A stretch of 64,000 bases of DNA from Candidatus Latescibacterota bacterium (GTDB lineage: Bacteria; Latescibacterota; UBA2968; UBA8231): contig OZ242214.1 of NCBI GenBank assembly GCA_965206595.1, forward strand, positions 4,608,001-4,672,000, given 5' to 3'. The position numbers and the translations under genes are program-made. The notes beneath the pieces were generated by a model. It saw nothing but the letters and a program-made list of their open reading frames with translations, was not told the DNA's origin and did not search any database. This document shows, piece by piece, positions 18,442 through 29,111 of this stretch; position 1 is the first letter of the stretch, and every line of letters starts with the position of its first letter.

Positions 18442-19905
18442 GGCTATATCCGGGTTTTTCAAAGGACATTTTATAGCATGTACAGAGAGAGATATTGAGT
18501 GATTCACACGGTACGGAATCGGGCCGGAATCTGCGCAGGGATATCGAGGTCTCCGACGCACAGGTAAATGAGGTCGGCAAAGGCATCCAGAGATTTAAAT
18601 CCACTGGCTCGATTCTTGACCATGCGGATGATTCGATTGAGCCCTTCGGCGGCGGCGTTGGTCAGGTGCGTGTCGACGAAGGCCGTGATGCCGGCCGCAT
18701 GCTTGCGCACCGTGTTGACGAACCTGCGCAGGGGCTCCAGGCGGCTGCGCAGGGCCGCCGTCGTCCACTTCTTGAGGAAGCGTTCGGCGGCCCAGCGCGC
18801 CTTGTAGCGCCAGAAGTGCTCGAACTCGTCCTTCAGGCGCCAGGCGCGGTAGATGCGGCGGTTGGCCTTCTCCAGGGTTTGGAGCGTGCGCCGGTCCTTT
18901 GGCGAGCGCCGGGCGGAGTGATGCAGCAGCACCCAGCGCAGGCCCTTGAGCAGCTTGCGGTCCTCGCCGCAGGCTTGCCGCCACTGTTCCTTGCGCACCT
19001 CGTCGACGGCTTCGTTGAGGGCCTTGACGACGTGGAATCGGTCCAGGACGAGCTGGGCGTTGGGGCAGTGCTGGCGGATGGCGCCGATGAAGGTCTCGCT
19101 CATATCGCAGCAGGCCCAGCGGATACGGGCCTTCCGGAAGGCGCTGAGATGGTCCCGGAAGAACGTATCGATCGTTTCGCGGGCCTTGCCCTTGCCGATC
19201 CAGACGACACAGGAGCGCTCCAGGTCGTAGACCAGGGTGGCGTATTTATGGCCCTTGGCGTAGGAGATCTCGTCGATGCCGAGGGTCGTCAGCGCGCGGA
19301 TGCGATGGCCTGTACGCCGGCGCTCGATGAGCCGGTGCACCTGGTCGGACAGGGTCGAAGGAGCCAGGCCCAGCAAGCGCGCGGCGGTGACCTGCGGCAT
19401 CCACTGGCAGTAGGTCAGCAGCAGGTATTCGAAGCGGTAGCTGACCCGGGCCGAGGGCGCTGCCCAGGGCACCTCCTCGACGTGCCGGCCGTGGGTCGGA
19501 CAGCGGATCTCTCGAGGGCGGTGGTACAACCAGACGGTACGGCCGCAAATGCGGACGTCGCGCCAGCGGCGGGGCTCCATGATCCGTACGATCTTGCCCC
19601 GGCGCCCACACTCGGGACACCGGCACCCGTTCCTTTGGGGCTTCACCGCGACCACGACGGCCGCTTCCTCCCCGTGTCCTTCGAACCACACGCCCACAGC
19701 GCCAAACCCCTTGAACTTGAACAGCTTGGAGACGAACTTCATAGCGGTCATAGGTCGCCTTCCCTTCCCTTTCCTGGGGAGTGCTTGATGGGGATACACC
19801 AAGCATAGGGAACGACCTATGGCCTTGTCATGTACTCAGATGAACAGCAAGGGCTCAGGTACTTTCCGTACTTACGTTTCGGCGTTGAAAAACCCGGATA
19901 GACCC
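18442..19905 (-). mobile_element. ISL3-family insertion sequence
   Basis: Terminal IRs GGCTATATCCGGGTTTTTCAA and (rev-comp) GGGTCTATCCGGGTTTTTCAA; flanks CGAAAACG / CGAAACG form a near 8-bp TSD. Confidence 0.9.
18504..19751 (-). CDS. ISL3-family transposase
   Basis: CPECG zinc ribbon, EEVPWA, LGIDE, CCDMS, LDRFHVV, TNAAAEGLN. Confidence 0.95.
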   Translation of the reverse strand: MTAMKFVSKLFKFKGFGAVGVWFEGHGEEAAVVVAVKPQRNGCRCPECGRRGKIVRIMEPRRWRDVRICGRTVWLYHRPREIRCPTHGRHVEEVPWAAPSARVSYRFEYLLLTYCQWMPQVTAARLLGLAPSTLSDQVHRLIERRRTGHRIRALTTLGIDEISYAKGHKYATLVYDLERSCVVWIGKGKARETIDTFFRDHLSAFRKARIRWACCDMSETFIGAIRQHCPNAQLVLDRFHVVKALNEAVDEVRKEQWRQACGEDRKLLKGLRWVLLHHSARRSPKDRRTLQTLEKANRRIYRAWRLKDEFEHFWRYKARWAAERFLKKWTTAALRSRLEPLRRFVNTVRKHAAGITAFVDTHLTNAAAEGLNRIIRMVKNRASGFKSLDAFADLIYLCVGDLDIPAQIPARFRTV

Positions 19906-20463
19906 CGAAACGGGGGAGAGGATGTACGGTTCCATTACGGCCGGCGTCGCGTCGAAACCCTGTTGGCGTTTTTTGCCGCGTTCCTCCTCGCGTTTGTGAG
20001 TGTGGAACTGACCATGGATGCTTTTGGCTATCACGATCACGGTCATGGGATGCCCACAGCCATTGTGGAAGAAGCGGAAACCCATGGGATAGAAGACCAC
20101 GTTCACGACCACGACCATGACCAAGAACACCCCGAGGATGGCGAAGGGGGCTTAGGTCATTTGTTCTTTCTCGTCAGCGGAGTAATCGTCACTTCAGTGA
20201 TTGCCAAGGAAATACTTTTCCGCGTGACTCGGGGCAAGGGCATACGCCTGAACAGCCCCATGCTGATTGCGAAAGCATGGCATCATCGGGCCGATTCCAT
20301 CAGCGCCTTGGCGGTCCTGCTGAGCATTTTTATTTCATCCTATTTTCCGGCTTTCGCGTTGATTAATCCGGTCACCACGGTCGTGATCGCGGGCCTGATC
20401 TTACACAGTGCTTGGGAGGTTGGGAGCAACGCGGTCAAAGAGTTGATAGATTTCGCGCCCTCG

Positions 20464-21552
20464 CTAGTGTTGTGTCGCAGAGATTCGTTCGCAAAGTCTC
20501 TTGATTTTCGCGAGGATGGAATCGGCCGTAGCCGTCCACACGAAAGGGTGTGCGTTGGCGTTCCATTTGGCCGTGTAGCGTTCAATGCGCTCGATGAGCT
20601 CCGACACCTTGCGGAACGAATCGCGCCGAACCGCCTGGCGGGTAAGGATATTGAACCAGATCTCCACCTGATTGAGCCACGAAGCATAGGTGGGGGTGTA
20701 GTGAACGTGAAATCGGGGACGCCGTGCCAGCCATCGCTTGACCTTGGCCTGCTTATGCGTGGCGTAGTTGTCGACGACGAGATGAATATCGAGGTCAGCG
20801 GGGACGTGGGCCTCGATGTGGCGCAGGAACTGAAGGAACTCCTGGTGACGATGACGGGGCTTGCACTGGGTCATCACTTCCCCGGTGGCTACGTCCAAGG
20901 CGGCAAACAGGGTGGTGGTGCCATGGCGCTTGTAGTCGTGCGGTACCCCTTCCACGTATCCCAGTCCCAGGGGCAGCATGGGCTGACTTCGTTCCAACGC
21001 CTGGATCCGGCTCTTCTCGTCCACGCACAGCACCAGGGCGTGCTCGGGGGGATTCAGGTACAAGCCGACGATATCCCGTACTTTGTCGACAAAGAAAGGA
21101 TCGGTGGAAAGCTTGAAGTGCTTGTGTCGATGGGGCTGCAAACCATACGTGCGCCAAATGCGATGAACCGCGTCCTTGGTCAAGCCGGTTTCTTCGCCCA
21201 TGGAGCGCACCGACCACTGTGTTTCGTCTTTGGGCTTGGTCTTCAGGGTCTTGTATACCACCTCGGCTACCTGTTCATCCGTACTCGATCGTGGCGCCCC
21301 TGAGCGCAGCTCATCATGCAAGCCCGGGAGCCCGTTTTCGAGAAAGCGCCGGCGCCACTTGCCGACCGTAGCACGCGTCACACCCACGGCGGCGGCGACG
21401 GCTTCATTGGGCCAGCCTTCTGCGCCCAGCAGACTAATCTCGGCTCGCCGCACCAACCCGTGGGAAAGGCTCCGGGATTTGGCCATCGATTCCAATCGTT
21501 CCCGGTCCGACGGACTCAGCTCTAACGGCGGTAATGGACGCCCCGTCACCAT
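20464..21552 (-). CDS. IS630-family transposase
   Basis: N-terminal [41 protein letters not shown] (DDE). Confidence 0.95.
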   Translation of the reverse strand: MVTGRPLPPLELSPSDRERLESMAKSRSLSHGLVRRAEISLLGAEGWPNEAVAAAVGVTRATVGKWRRRFLENGLPGLHDELRSGAPRSSTDEQVAEVVYKTLKTKPKDETQWSVRSMGEETGLTKDAVHRIWRTYGLQPHRHKHFKLSTDPFFVDKVRDIVGLYLNPPEHALVLCVDEKSRIQALERSQPMLPLGLGYVEGVPHDYKRHGTTTLFAALDVATGEVMTQCKPRHRHQEFLQFLRHIEAHVPADLDIHLVVDNYATHKQAKVKRWLARRPRFHVHYTPTYASWLNQVEIWFNILTRQAVRRDSFRKVSELIERIERYTAKWNANAHPFVWTATADSILAKIKRLCERISATQH

Positions 21553-21633
21553 AGGTCTCTCCTTTCAGAAAGGGGATAAGAGAAACCTACGGCACCTTCA
21601 ATTGTTTGTACAGTTAATTACACGACAGGACAC
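20467..21633 (-). mobile_element. IS630-family insertion sequence
   Basis: CTAG at both junctions (TA duplication 20465-66 / 21634-35); IRs TAGTGTTGTGTCG / TAGTGTCCTGTCG. Confidence 0.92.
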
Positions 21634-21979
21634 TAGAGACGATAGCCCTAATCGAAGAGATGGCGGAAGAGGTAGCAGGCGTAACATTTACCCACAATAT
21701 TCGCATCCGGTCCATGGGTGGTGCCCTGTATGTTGAATTAACGGCGGAAACCGATCCAGAGCTCACGGTAGCAGAAGGGTACGCAGTCGTTAAACAGATC
21801 CGTGAAAAGATAATGGATAAAGTGCCCAATGTGATCGACGTCGCCACCCAGCTAACACCGAAAGGCGAGTACATCCGGCAGTTTCTGGGATCAGAAAGGT
21901 GAATACGGGAAGAAGTGGACCTACTGGTGTGGTGGGAAGATGATGTCCCGCAAGAAACGACTGCGGATCAGGGGACCCC

Positions 21980-23215
21980 TCACCGGTCGCTAGTGCTGGA
22001 CCGGAAACGAAGATTGAACAGCATATCCTCGTAGCCGTTGCGCAGGGCACCGGCCCGAAAGCGCCAGACGATCAGAGCGATGAGGAGCAAAGCGCTTCCC
22101 CATTGCAGGAACTGAATAGCCGGCGAATGGGAGGCGTCGAGGTTCACGGAAATCGTCAGGCCAGCGGCCAGAAGCAGCGCGTCGATGGCGATGCCGAGGA
22201 TGACCGTAACCGCGATGACTGCGGCAACATAGATGGATGCGAAGCGGGAGCCGAACTGGCTGACGATGATCGCGATGGTGCCCGTATTGGTGGCCGGTCC
22301 GGTCATGAGGAAAATCAGCGCCGCACCGGGGCTGACTCCCTTGGCAACTAGTGCGGCGGCGATCGGAGTACTGGCGGAAGCGCAGATATAGAGGGGAATG
22401 CCGATCAGCACCATGATCGGATAGGATAGCCAGCGGGCATACTCGTTTGACATCAGGTCGCCTGGAATCGCCAGAAAGAGCACTCCTCCCAAGGCAACGC
22501 CCACCAGCAGCGCAAAGAGAATGTCGTCCGCTATCTCAATGAAGCCATAGCGAAAGACGTGCTTGACCAGCTTCTTGAAATCTAGACTCTGATCGTCTGT
22601 GGAGACATCGCCCGGAGAAGGATCGCTAGTGGCATTTCCCTTCAACCAGTTGACCAATAACACCTTCAATTGCGAAGGGCTGACGTAGCAATCATCTCTA
22701 TCAGCTATGAGGGATTGGTGCGAGCCATGATCGTGATCACAGTCATGGCAGTGGTCGGGGTCGCTCGCCTTGGCTTCGTCGCGGTCGTCTTTTATGAGGC
22801 CAATGCAAAAGATCCCGGCGACGATCGCGGTGATGAAGCTGATGACGGGCCGGACAATGGCAACTACGAAGCCGAAGAACGCATTGGTGACTAGAATTGA
22901 GTCCGCGCCTGTTTCCGGCGCAGTTATCAGGAAGGACATGCAGGCCGAACGGGACGCGCCCTTCCGGCGCATCTCAGCGACTACCGGTACAACCGAACAA
23001 CTACATAGCGGCACGGGCACGCCGATGGCCGAGCTTGTGGTTACGGATTTTAGACTGTCGTCGCGGAGCCAGCGGAGTATGGCCTGACGGGAGATGAACA
23101 CATGAATCAGGCCGGAAAGGAATAGCCCCAGCAACAGCATGGGTGCTAGCAACAGGAAGGATGACCAGAGGAAGTCGAAAAAACTGGTCAATATCCCAAG
23201 AAATTCAAAGGTCAC
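21980..23215 (-). CDS. SO_0444/ArsP (DUF318) family metal permease
   Basis: GVPVPLCSCSVVP, FLITAPETGADS, His-rich DHCHDCDHDHGSH, PLYICASASTPIAA, GPATN. Confidence 0.88.
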   Translation of the reverse strand: MTFEFLGILTSFFDFLWSSFLLLAPMLLLGLFLSGLIHVFISRQAILRWLRDDSLKSVTTSSAIGVPVPLCSCSVVPVVAEMRRKGASRSACMSFLITAPETGADSILVTNAFFGFVVAIVRPVISFITAIVAGIFCIGLIKDDRDEAKASDPDHCHDCDHDHGSHQSLIADRDDCYVSPSQLKVLLVNWLKGNATSDPSPGDVSTDDQSLDFKKLVKHVFRYGFIEIADDILFALLVGVALGGVLFLAIPGDLMSNEYARWLSYPIMVLIGIPLYICASASTPIAAALVAKGVSPGAALIFLMTGPATNTGTIAIIVSQFGSRFASIYVAAVIAVTVILGIAIDALLLAAGLTISVNLDASHSPAIQFLQWGSALLLIALIVWRFRAGALRNGYEDMLFNLRFRSSTSDR

Positions 23216-23326
23216 TCAATAGCCTCCTGTGCAATTGCATTGAGATAATAAGGCGACGAGACTCTTAAATATGCATATATAAGGCTATAGACGGCGCTGG
23301 GCCGAAATTTTGGTCGAGACGCCTGA

Positions 23327-26300
23327 TTAGAAGGCCACTTTTTCCCGTTCCGCCAAAAGCTCTTCCGCCTCTCCGCGATTCAGTTGCACGGCAAACCACT
23401 TGTAGAGCGCCGGCAGCACCAGCAGGGTCAGTACAGTGGAGCTGACCAGGCCGCCGACTACTACCGTGGCCAGGGGCCGCTGTACCTCGCTGCCGGTGCC
23501 GCTGGAAAAAAGCAACGGGAGCAGCCCCAGGGCGGTCGTCAGGGCGGTCATCAGCACCGGCCGCACCCGCAGACATGCACCCTGGACCGAGGCCTCGTCA
23601 AGGTCGACGCCGTCGCGGACCAGCTGGTTGAAGTAGGTCACCATCACCATGCTGTTTTCCAGGGCGATTCCGAACAGGGCGATGAAACCGACCGATGAAG
23701 GCACGGACAGGTTCTGTCCGGTCAGCCACAGGGCCACCACCCCGCCGACCAGCGCCAGGGGGATGTTGAGCAGGATGAGAATCGCGTTTTTCAGCGAATT
23801 GAAGCTGGAGAACAGAAGCAGGAAAATCACGAATAGAGTGATGGGCACGACGATGGCCAGCCGTTTGTTGGCCTCCTGCTGCAGTCGGAACTGGCCGCCC
23901 CAGGTCACGAGGTAGCCCGGGGGCAGCGCCACCCGGTCTTCTATCGCCTCCTGGGCCTCCTCGACGAACGAGCCGATATCCCTGTCGGTGACGTTGCACT
24001 GAACCGTGATGAAGCGTTGGCTCTTTTCCCGGGTGATCTGGCGCGGCCCCACCACTTCTTCGATCCGGGCCAGCTGAACCAGAGGGATCTGGACGCCCAT
24101 TGGGGACTGAACCAGGATTTGGGCGATGGCCTCGGGACTGCTGCGGAATTGCGGGGCGAAGCGCACCAGGATGTCGAAGCGGCGAATCCCTTCGAACACC
24201 TGCCCCACCATCTCCCCGCCAACGGCCGCCTGAACCACCTTCTGCACGTCGGCGACGTTGACACCGTAGCGGGCGATGGCCTGCCGGTCGACGCGGATGA
24301 GCAGCTGAGGGGTGCCGCTGATCTGGTCGACCTGGACATCGGCCGCCCCCGTGACCGTGTCGACCACCCGGGCGATTACGTCCGCCTTCTGTTTCAGCAC
24401 CTCGAGATCGTCCCCGAAGAGCTTGATGGCCAGCTCTGCCCGCACCCCTTCGAGCAGCTCATCCACGGTCATGGCGATCGGCTGGGTGAAGTTGGTCAGC
24501 ACACCGGGTATTTCCCCCAGCTCGGCGCGAATGGTTTCCTGCAGCTCTTCCTGGTTTCGAGCCTCACGCCACCGGTCCCTGGGCTGGAGCAGGAGAAACA
24601 TCTCGGCGCTGTTGATGGGGTCCGTGTGGGCGCCGACCTCGCCGCGGCCGATGCGGGAAACCGCGCCGGAGATCTCGGGGATTTTCAGCAGGCGGCGCTC
24701 GACCAGCATGGTGATGCGGGTGCTCTCCTCGAGCGAGATGGAGGGGGCCATGGTCAGCCTGAGGACCAAGGTTCCCTCCTGCAGCGCCGGGGTGAACTCC
24801 GACCCCAGCCGCGGGAAGATCGCCAGCCCGACAAGCAGAAGGATGCCTGCCGACCCCAGGGCCCAGAAGCGGTGGGCAACGAAACGAGCGACCATGGGTC
24901 GGTAAGTAGCCACGAGATGGCGCATCATCCAGCCTTCGCCGGCTCGTGCGCCCTCGCCCCTGGATTTGGGTGAGCGCAGCAAAAGGTGCGACAACACCGG
25001 GGCGAGGAAGAGGGCGAAGACCAGCGAGCCCAGCATCGCCATGGCCACGGTGTAGGCCAGCGGCCGGAAGGTCTTCCCCTCCACCCCCTGGAGGGTGAAC
25101 AGGGGCAGGAAGACGAGGATGATGATGAGGATGGCGAAGACGATGGGGCGGCCGACTTCCACACAGGCGCGGGCAACGGCCTGGACGCGTTCCTCGTCCG
25201 CTTCGCCCTGCCGCAGGATGCGGTCGACGTTCTCGACCACGACGATGGTGCCGTCGACCATTATGCCGATGGCGATGGCCAGGCCGCCAAGGGACATGAG
25301 GTTTGCCGAGAGGCCGAAATAGTGCATGCCGAGGGTGGCGAACAGGACGGAGAAGGGAATGGACAGGGCCACCACCAGACTTGGCCGGACGCTGCCCATG
25401 AACAGGATCAACACCAGCGTGACCAGAACAATGCCCTGAATCAGGGCGTCGGTGACCGTGGCCACGCATGCCGCCACCAGGGTCTTCTGCTCGTAGTAGG
25501 GAACCAGGCGCACGCCGGCGGGCAAAATGCGGTTGATCTCCTGCATCTTCGCTTCGACCCGCTCGATCACGGTGGAGGAATTGGTGCCGAAGAGCTTGAT
25601 CACCATGCCGGCGACCACTTCTTCCACGCCGTTGCGGGTCTGCACGCCGCGCCGGATCGCCCCGCCGATGCCCACCTCGGCCACCTGGTCGAGGAAGATG
25701 GGAGTTCCGTCGGACGCCTTGATGACGATGTTCTCGATGTCGGCGACCGTGGAGGCCAGGCCCACCGAGCGCACGACGTATTCCTCGGCGTCCTTCTCGA
25801 TGAACTGGGCGCCGACGTTGAGGTTATTGGCTTCGATCTGCTCGATGACGTCGTGCAGGGTCACCCCGTAGCGCAACAGGGCGTGGGGATCGACCACTAC
25901 GTGGAACTGTTTCTCGTGGCCGCCGATGCCGAGGACCTCGGTGACTCCCGGCACGGTCTGCAGGTGGAACTTGACCAGCCAATCCTGGATCGTGCGCAGC
26001 TCTTCGAGCGCGTGCTCGCCGGTGGTGTCTTCGAGGTAGTAGAAGAGCACCAGTCCCATGCCGGTCGAGATCGGCCCCAGTGCCGGTTCGCCGAACCCTT
26101 CCGGGATCTGTTCTCTGGCCTCCTGGAGCCGTTCGTTGACCAGTTGGCGGGCAAAGTAGATATCCATCCCGTCTTCGAAATAGATGTTGACGACCGAGAG
26201 GCCGAAGTTGGAGACGGAGCGGATGTTCTCGATGCCTGGGAGGCCGTTCATCACCGTCTCGATGGGATAGGTGACGTAGGTTTCGATCTCTTCCGGGGCC

Positions 26301-26467
26301 AAGCCCTCGGTGACGGTGAATACCTGGACCAGGTTGGGGGAGACGTCGGGAAAGGCATCGACAGGAAGTTGCCGGTAGCTGTAATAACCGCTGGCCACAA
26401 CCACCGCTCCCAGGACCAGCATGAGCATGCGGTTGCGCAGCGACAGCTGAATGATGCGGTCTACCAT
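23327..26467 (-). CDS. czcA: Heavy-metal efflux RND transporter, CzcA/CusA family
   Basis: LPVDAFPDVSP, SANLMSLGGLAIAIGIMVDG, EGKTFRPLA, RPVLMTA, GSEVQRPLATVV. Confidence 0.93.
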   Translation of the reverse strand: MVDRIIQLSLRNRMLMLVLGAVVVASGYYSYRQLPVDAFPDVSPNLVQVFTVTEGLAPEEIETYVTYPIETVMNGLPGIENIRSVSNFGLSVVNIYFEDGMDIYFARQLVNERLQEAREQIPEGFGEPALGPISTGMGLVLFYYLEDTTGEHALEELRTIQDWLVKFHLQTVPGVTEVLGIGGHEKQFHVVVDPHALLRYGVTLHDVIEQIEANNLNVGAQFIEKDAEEYVVRSVGLASTVADIENIVIKASDGTPIFLDQVAEVGIGGAIRRGVQTRNGVEEVVAGMVIKLFGTNSSTVIERVEAKMQEINRILPAGVRLVPYYEQKTLVAACVATVTDALIQGIVLVTLVLILFMGSVRPSLVVALSIPFSVLFATLGMHYFGLSANLMSLGGLAIAIGIMVDGTIVVVENVDRILRQGEADEERVQAVARACVEVGRPIVFAILIIILVFLPLFTLQGVEGKTFRPLAYTVAMAMLGSLVFALFLAPVLSHLLLRSPKSRGEGARAGEGWMMRHLVATYRPMVARFVAHRFWALGSAGILLLVGLAIFPRLGSEFTPALQEGTLVLRLTMAPSISLEESTRITMLVERRLLKIPEISGAVSRIGRGEVGAHTDPINSAEMFLLLQPRDRWREARNQEELQETIRAELGEIPGVLTNFTQPIAMTVDELLEGVRAELAIKLFGDDLEVLKQKADVIARVVDTVTGAADVQVDQISGTPQLLIRVDRQAIARYGVNVADVQKVVQAAVGGEMVGQVFEGIRRFDILVRFAPQFRSSPEAIAQILVQSPMGVQIPLVQLARIEEVVGPRQITREKSQRFITVQCNVTDRDIGSFVEEAQEAIEDRVALPPGYLVTWGGQFRLQQEANKRLAIVVPITLFVIFLLLFSSFNSLKNAILILLNIPLALVGGVVALWLTGQNLSVPSSVGFIALFGIALENSMVMVTYFNQLVRDGVDLDEASVQGACLRVRPVLMTALTTALGLLPLLFSSGTGSEVQRPLATVVVGGLVSSTVLTLLVLPALYKWFAVQLNRGEAEELLAEREKVAF

Positions 26468-26489
26468 CGGCCTGCCCTCCCTCCGCCAA

Positions 26490-27683
26490 TCAGTGGGCGT
26501 GGCCTTCTCCGAAAGCGCCCTTCTCCAGCTGGGCTTTCAGAACGAAGGCGCCTCGAGAGACATACGGCTGTCCCAATTTCAGCCCCGAGAGGATCTCGGC
26601 ATGGGTGGGGTTGGCGCGGCCGACCTCAACGGGTTCGGGCGCAAATCCCTCGTCGGTCTCGACAAAGACGACGGGGTGATCTTCCAGCATCTGGATGGCC
26701 GACCTTGGCACCAGGAGCGGCACGTCTATTCCCTCTACATCGATGGTTGCGGTGACAAAGGAGCCTGGCCGCCAATTGCCGTCCCGGTTGGGGAGCACGA
26801 TCCGAACCGTAGCTGTCCGCAGCGTCTCGTTGATTATCGGGCTGATATAGTCCACCGTCCCCGTCGTCGAAGGGCGGCCCTGGCTGCCTTGGACATGGAC
26901 GGTCTGGCCGACGCGGAGGAACTGCAGGTCCTTCTGATATGCCGTCAACAGGACCCAGACCGAACGCAGGTCAGCCACGACGAAGGCCTCGGAATCCTCT
27001 TTCAGCACTTCCCCCTGGGTTATGTGCTTGTAGATGATGGTCCCGGTGAAGGGAGCCCTTATTTCGTAGCGGGTAAAGCGTTTGTCGTCCTCGAAGGAGA
27101 GCTTCTCCAGGTAGGCCGCAGAATAGCCGAGGGCCCTCAGCTTCTGTTCGGCCACTCGCAGGTCGATCCGCGTTTCCGCCAGCCGGGTTCTGGCTTCGAG
27201 GAAAACCCGCTCCGAAGAGATGGACTGGGTCCACAGGGTTTCTTCCCGGTCGAAGGTTGCCTGGGCAAGCTCGAGGCGCTCCTGGGCAACCAGGTAGGCC
27301 GACATCATCTCGGAAAGCTCCTGGCTTTCGAGAACGGCCAGGACCTCGTCCTGCTTCACCTGGTCGCCGATGTTGGCGTGGATCTCGATGGCCACTCCCG
27401 GTACTCGGGGCACGATGTGGGCCAGCAGATTCGGATTCACCTGCACCTCTCCGGGAGAATTCACCCGAACTGACAATTTGCCCGAAGCGGCTTTCGCGAC
27501 CTCGATACCGAATTCGGCCCGTTCTGCCGCGCTCAGCCGTACGCTCTCCCCGGAGTCATCGCGGTCCTCGGCAGCCCAGGCCGGCCGATTCCAGGGAGAA
27601 AGGGCGGCGCCCTCTCCAAGCGCGAAAAGACCTGCCAGCAAACCTGTGATTCCCAGGCTCGCCGTGTAGATACGCATTCTCAT
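26490..27683 (-). CDS. czcB: Heavy-metal efflux RND periplasmic adaptor, CzcB-like
   Basis: IRAPFTGTI, ADLRSVWV, WRPGSFV, GAFVLKA, C-terminal GHAH. Confidence 0.9.
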   Translation of the reverse strand: MRMRIYTASLGITGLLAGLFALGEGAALSPWNRPAWAAEDRDDSGESVRLSAAERAEFGIEVAKAASGKLSVRVNSPGEVQVNPNLLAHIVPRVPGVAIEIHANIGDQVKQDEVLAVLESQELSEMMSAYLVAQERLELAQATFDREETLWTQSISSERVFLEARTRLAETRIDLRVAEQKLRALGYSAAYLEKLSFEDDKRFTRYEIRAPFTGTIIYKHITQGEVLKEDSEAFVVADLRSVWVLLTAYQKDLQFLRVGQTVHVQGSQGRPSTTGTVDYISPIINETLRTATVRIVLPNRDGNWRPGSFVTATIDVEGIDVPLLVPRSAIQMLEDHPVVFVETDEGFAPEPVEVGRANPTHAEILSGLKLGQPYVSRGAFVLKAQLEKGAFGEGHAH

Positions 27684-27727
27684 TCTCCTCGGGGAGTTCT
27701 GCAGATCAGTAGCGCTGTGCAGCTGGT

Positions 27728-29017
27728 TCAGTTCTCCGCCGAGCCCGTGACGGACAGGGGACCGGCGATCGCACGTTCCAGGGCAGCCTCGGCAGCGCGG
27801 TACTCGAACAGGAACTGGGCGAATTCCACACGCGTCCCGATCCAGGTGCGCCGGGCATCCAAAAGCTCCAGGTAGGAGGATTTGCCTTCGGCGTAGCTGC
27901 GGCCGGCCACCTCGAAGGCCCGCTCTGCTTCGGGCAGGATAAGGTCCTGGAACAGGGCCACCTGCTCCCCCGCGGTAACGAGATGCAGATAAGCCCGTTT
28001 CGTTTCGAAAAGGACTTGGTAGCGCATCGCCTCCTGTTCGGCCTCGACCCGGGCCGCTTCAGCCTTGGCTTCGGCTCGTTCGCCGCGCTGCCGGGAAAAG
28101 GCCCACAGCGGCACTTCCATGGCGAAACGCAAACGCCAGGATTTCTCCTCGTGGCCTCCGTGACGCTGTTGGCGAGCCAGGCCCACAAGGAGATCCGGCA
28201 AGTAGGCGGCCGTTGCCGCTGCCTGCCGGATCTTCAGGGCTTGCAGTTGCAGCGCGATGCCGGACAGATCGGGGCGTTGCCGCAGGGCGGCTCCGGTCAA
28301 TCGGTCGAGGTCTGCCTCGAAGGGCTGAAAGAACAGACTGTCCGATATCGAAAGCCGGGTCTGCAGCGGCCGCCCCAGGAGTGCATTGAGCTCGGTCTTT
28401 GCCACGGTCAGGTCGTTTTTCGCCGCGGTCAAACGATTGGTTGCCCGTCCGACTTCGACCCTGGCCCGCATTACATCCAGCTGGGGCACATCCCCCGCTT
28501 CGAAACGGATAGTTGCCTGGCGCAGGATGTCCCGGGCCAGGTCGAGATCCTGGCGGGCATGCTGGAGAAGCGACTGTTGCAAGGCGATCCGGTCGTAAGC
28601 CCTCTTTGCCCGCATGCCCATGTCGAGTCTGGCCATCTCGAATAGGGCGAGACGGGCCGCTTCCCCCTGACGGCGGCCCGCCCGGAAGCGATGCCACCAC
28701 TTCAGGGGGAATTCAACCCGTTGGCTTACTCCGATCGTGTGCTCACCACGATCGTCCAAATCCACTTTTGGCAGCTCTTCGAACTCGAACTCGAACTCCG
28801 GGTCCGGGAGGGCTCCGTCCAGGCGCCCCCGGGCGCGGGCGCCCTCCCAAGCGTTGCGGGCGGCTTCCACTTCCGGGTTGCGTTCGACGACCATGCGCAC
28901 GGCATCGCTCCGCGACAGGACTTCGGCATGCAGGGTTCCCTGAGGAAACAGCCCTTCCGAGAGGAGAAGCACCAGGAACAGAGGAAGAAACCTGATCGGT
29001 GACTCAGCTGATATCAT
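27728..29017 (-). CDS. czcC: Outer-membrane efflux protein, TolC/CzcC family
   Basis: LPDPE, RFEAGDVPQLD, RPDL, YAEGKSSYLELLDARR; first gene of czcCBA. Confidence 0.88.
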   Translation of the reverse strand: MISAESPIRFLPLFLVLLLSEGLFPQGTLHAEVLSRSDAVRMVVERNPEVEAARNAWEGARARGRLDGALPDPEFEFEFEELPKVDLDDRGEHTIGVSQRVEFPLKWWHRFRAGRRQGEAARLALFEMARLDMGMRAKRAYDRIALQQSLLQHARQDLDLARDILRQATIRFEAGDVPQLDVMRARVEVGRATNRLTAAKNDLTVAKTELNALLGRPLQTRLSISDSLFFQPFEADLDRLTGAALRQRPDLSGIALQLQALKIRQAAATAAYLPDLLVGLARQQRHGGHEEKSWRLRFAMEVPLWAFSRQRGERAEAKAEAARVEAEQEAMRYQVLFETKRAYLHLVTAGEQVALFQDLILPEAERAFEVAGRSYAEGKSSYLELLDARRTWIGTRVEFAQFLFEYRAAEAALERAIAGPLSVTGSAEN

Positions 29018-29111
29018 GGATGCTCCCAAAAACTAGCAGGGGCTTCTGGTCCCGGGTCGTCTTCCAGGCTTGGGGAACAAGGCAGGCCTGGAATGGCGAT
29101 CCCCTCCGCTG

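Larger units (their letters stand above)
19918..21902 (+). pseudogene. Cation diffusion facilitator (FieF/CzcD-like), 5'-truncated and interrupted by IS630
   Basis: FHYGRRRVE, His-rich loop, AWHHRADSISA; removing the IS restores in-frame DFAPSL-ETIALIEEMAEEVAGV..NIRIRSMG dimerisation domain. Confidence 0.88.

Noticed and set aside
19819-21303. 494-aa ORF as an intact gene
   Set aside because: Chimera of the ISL3 end, the CDF fragment and the antisense strand of the IS630 transposase
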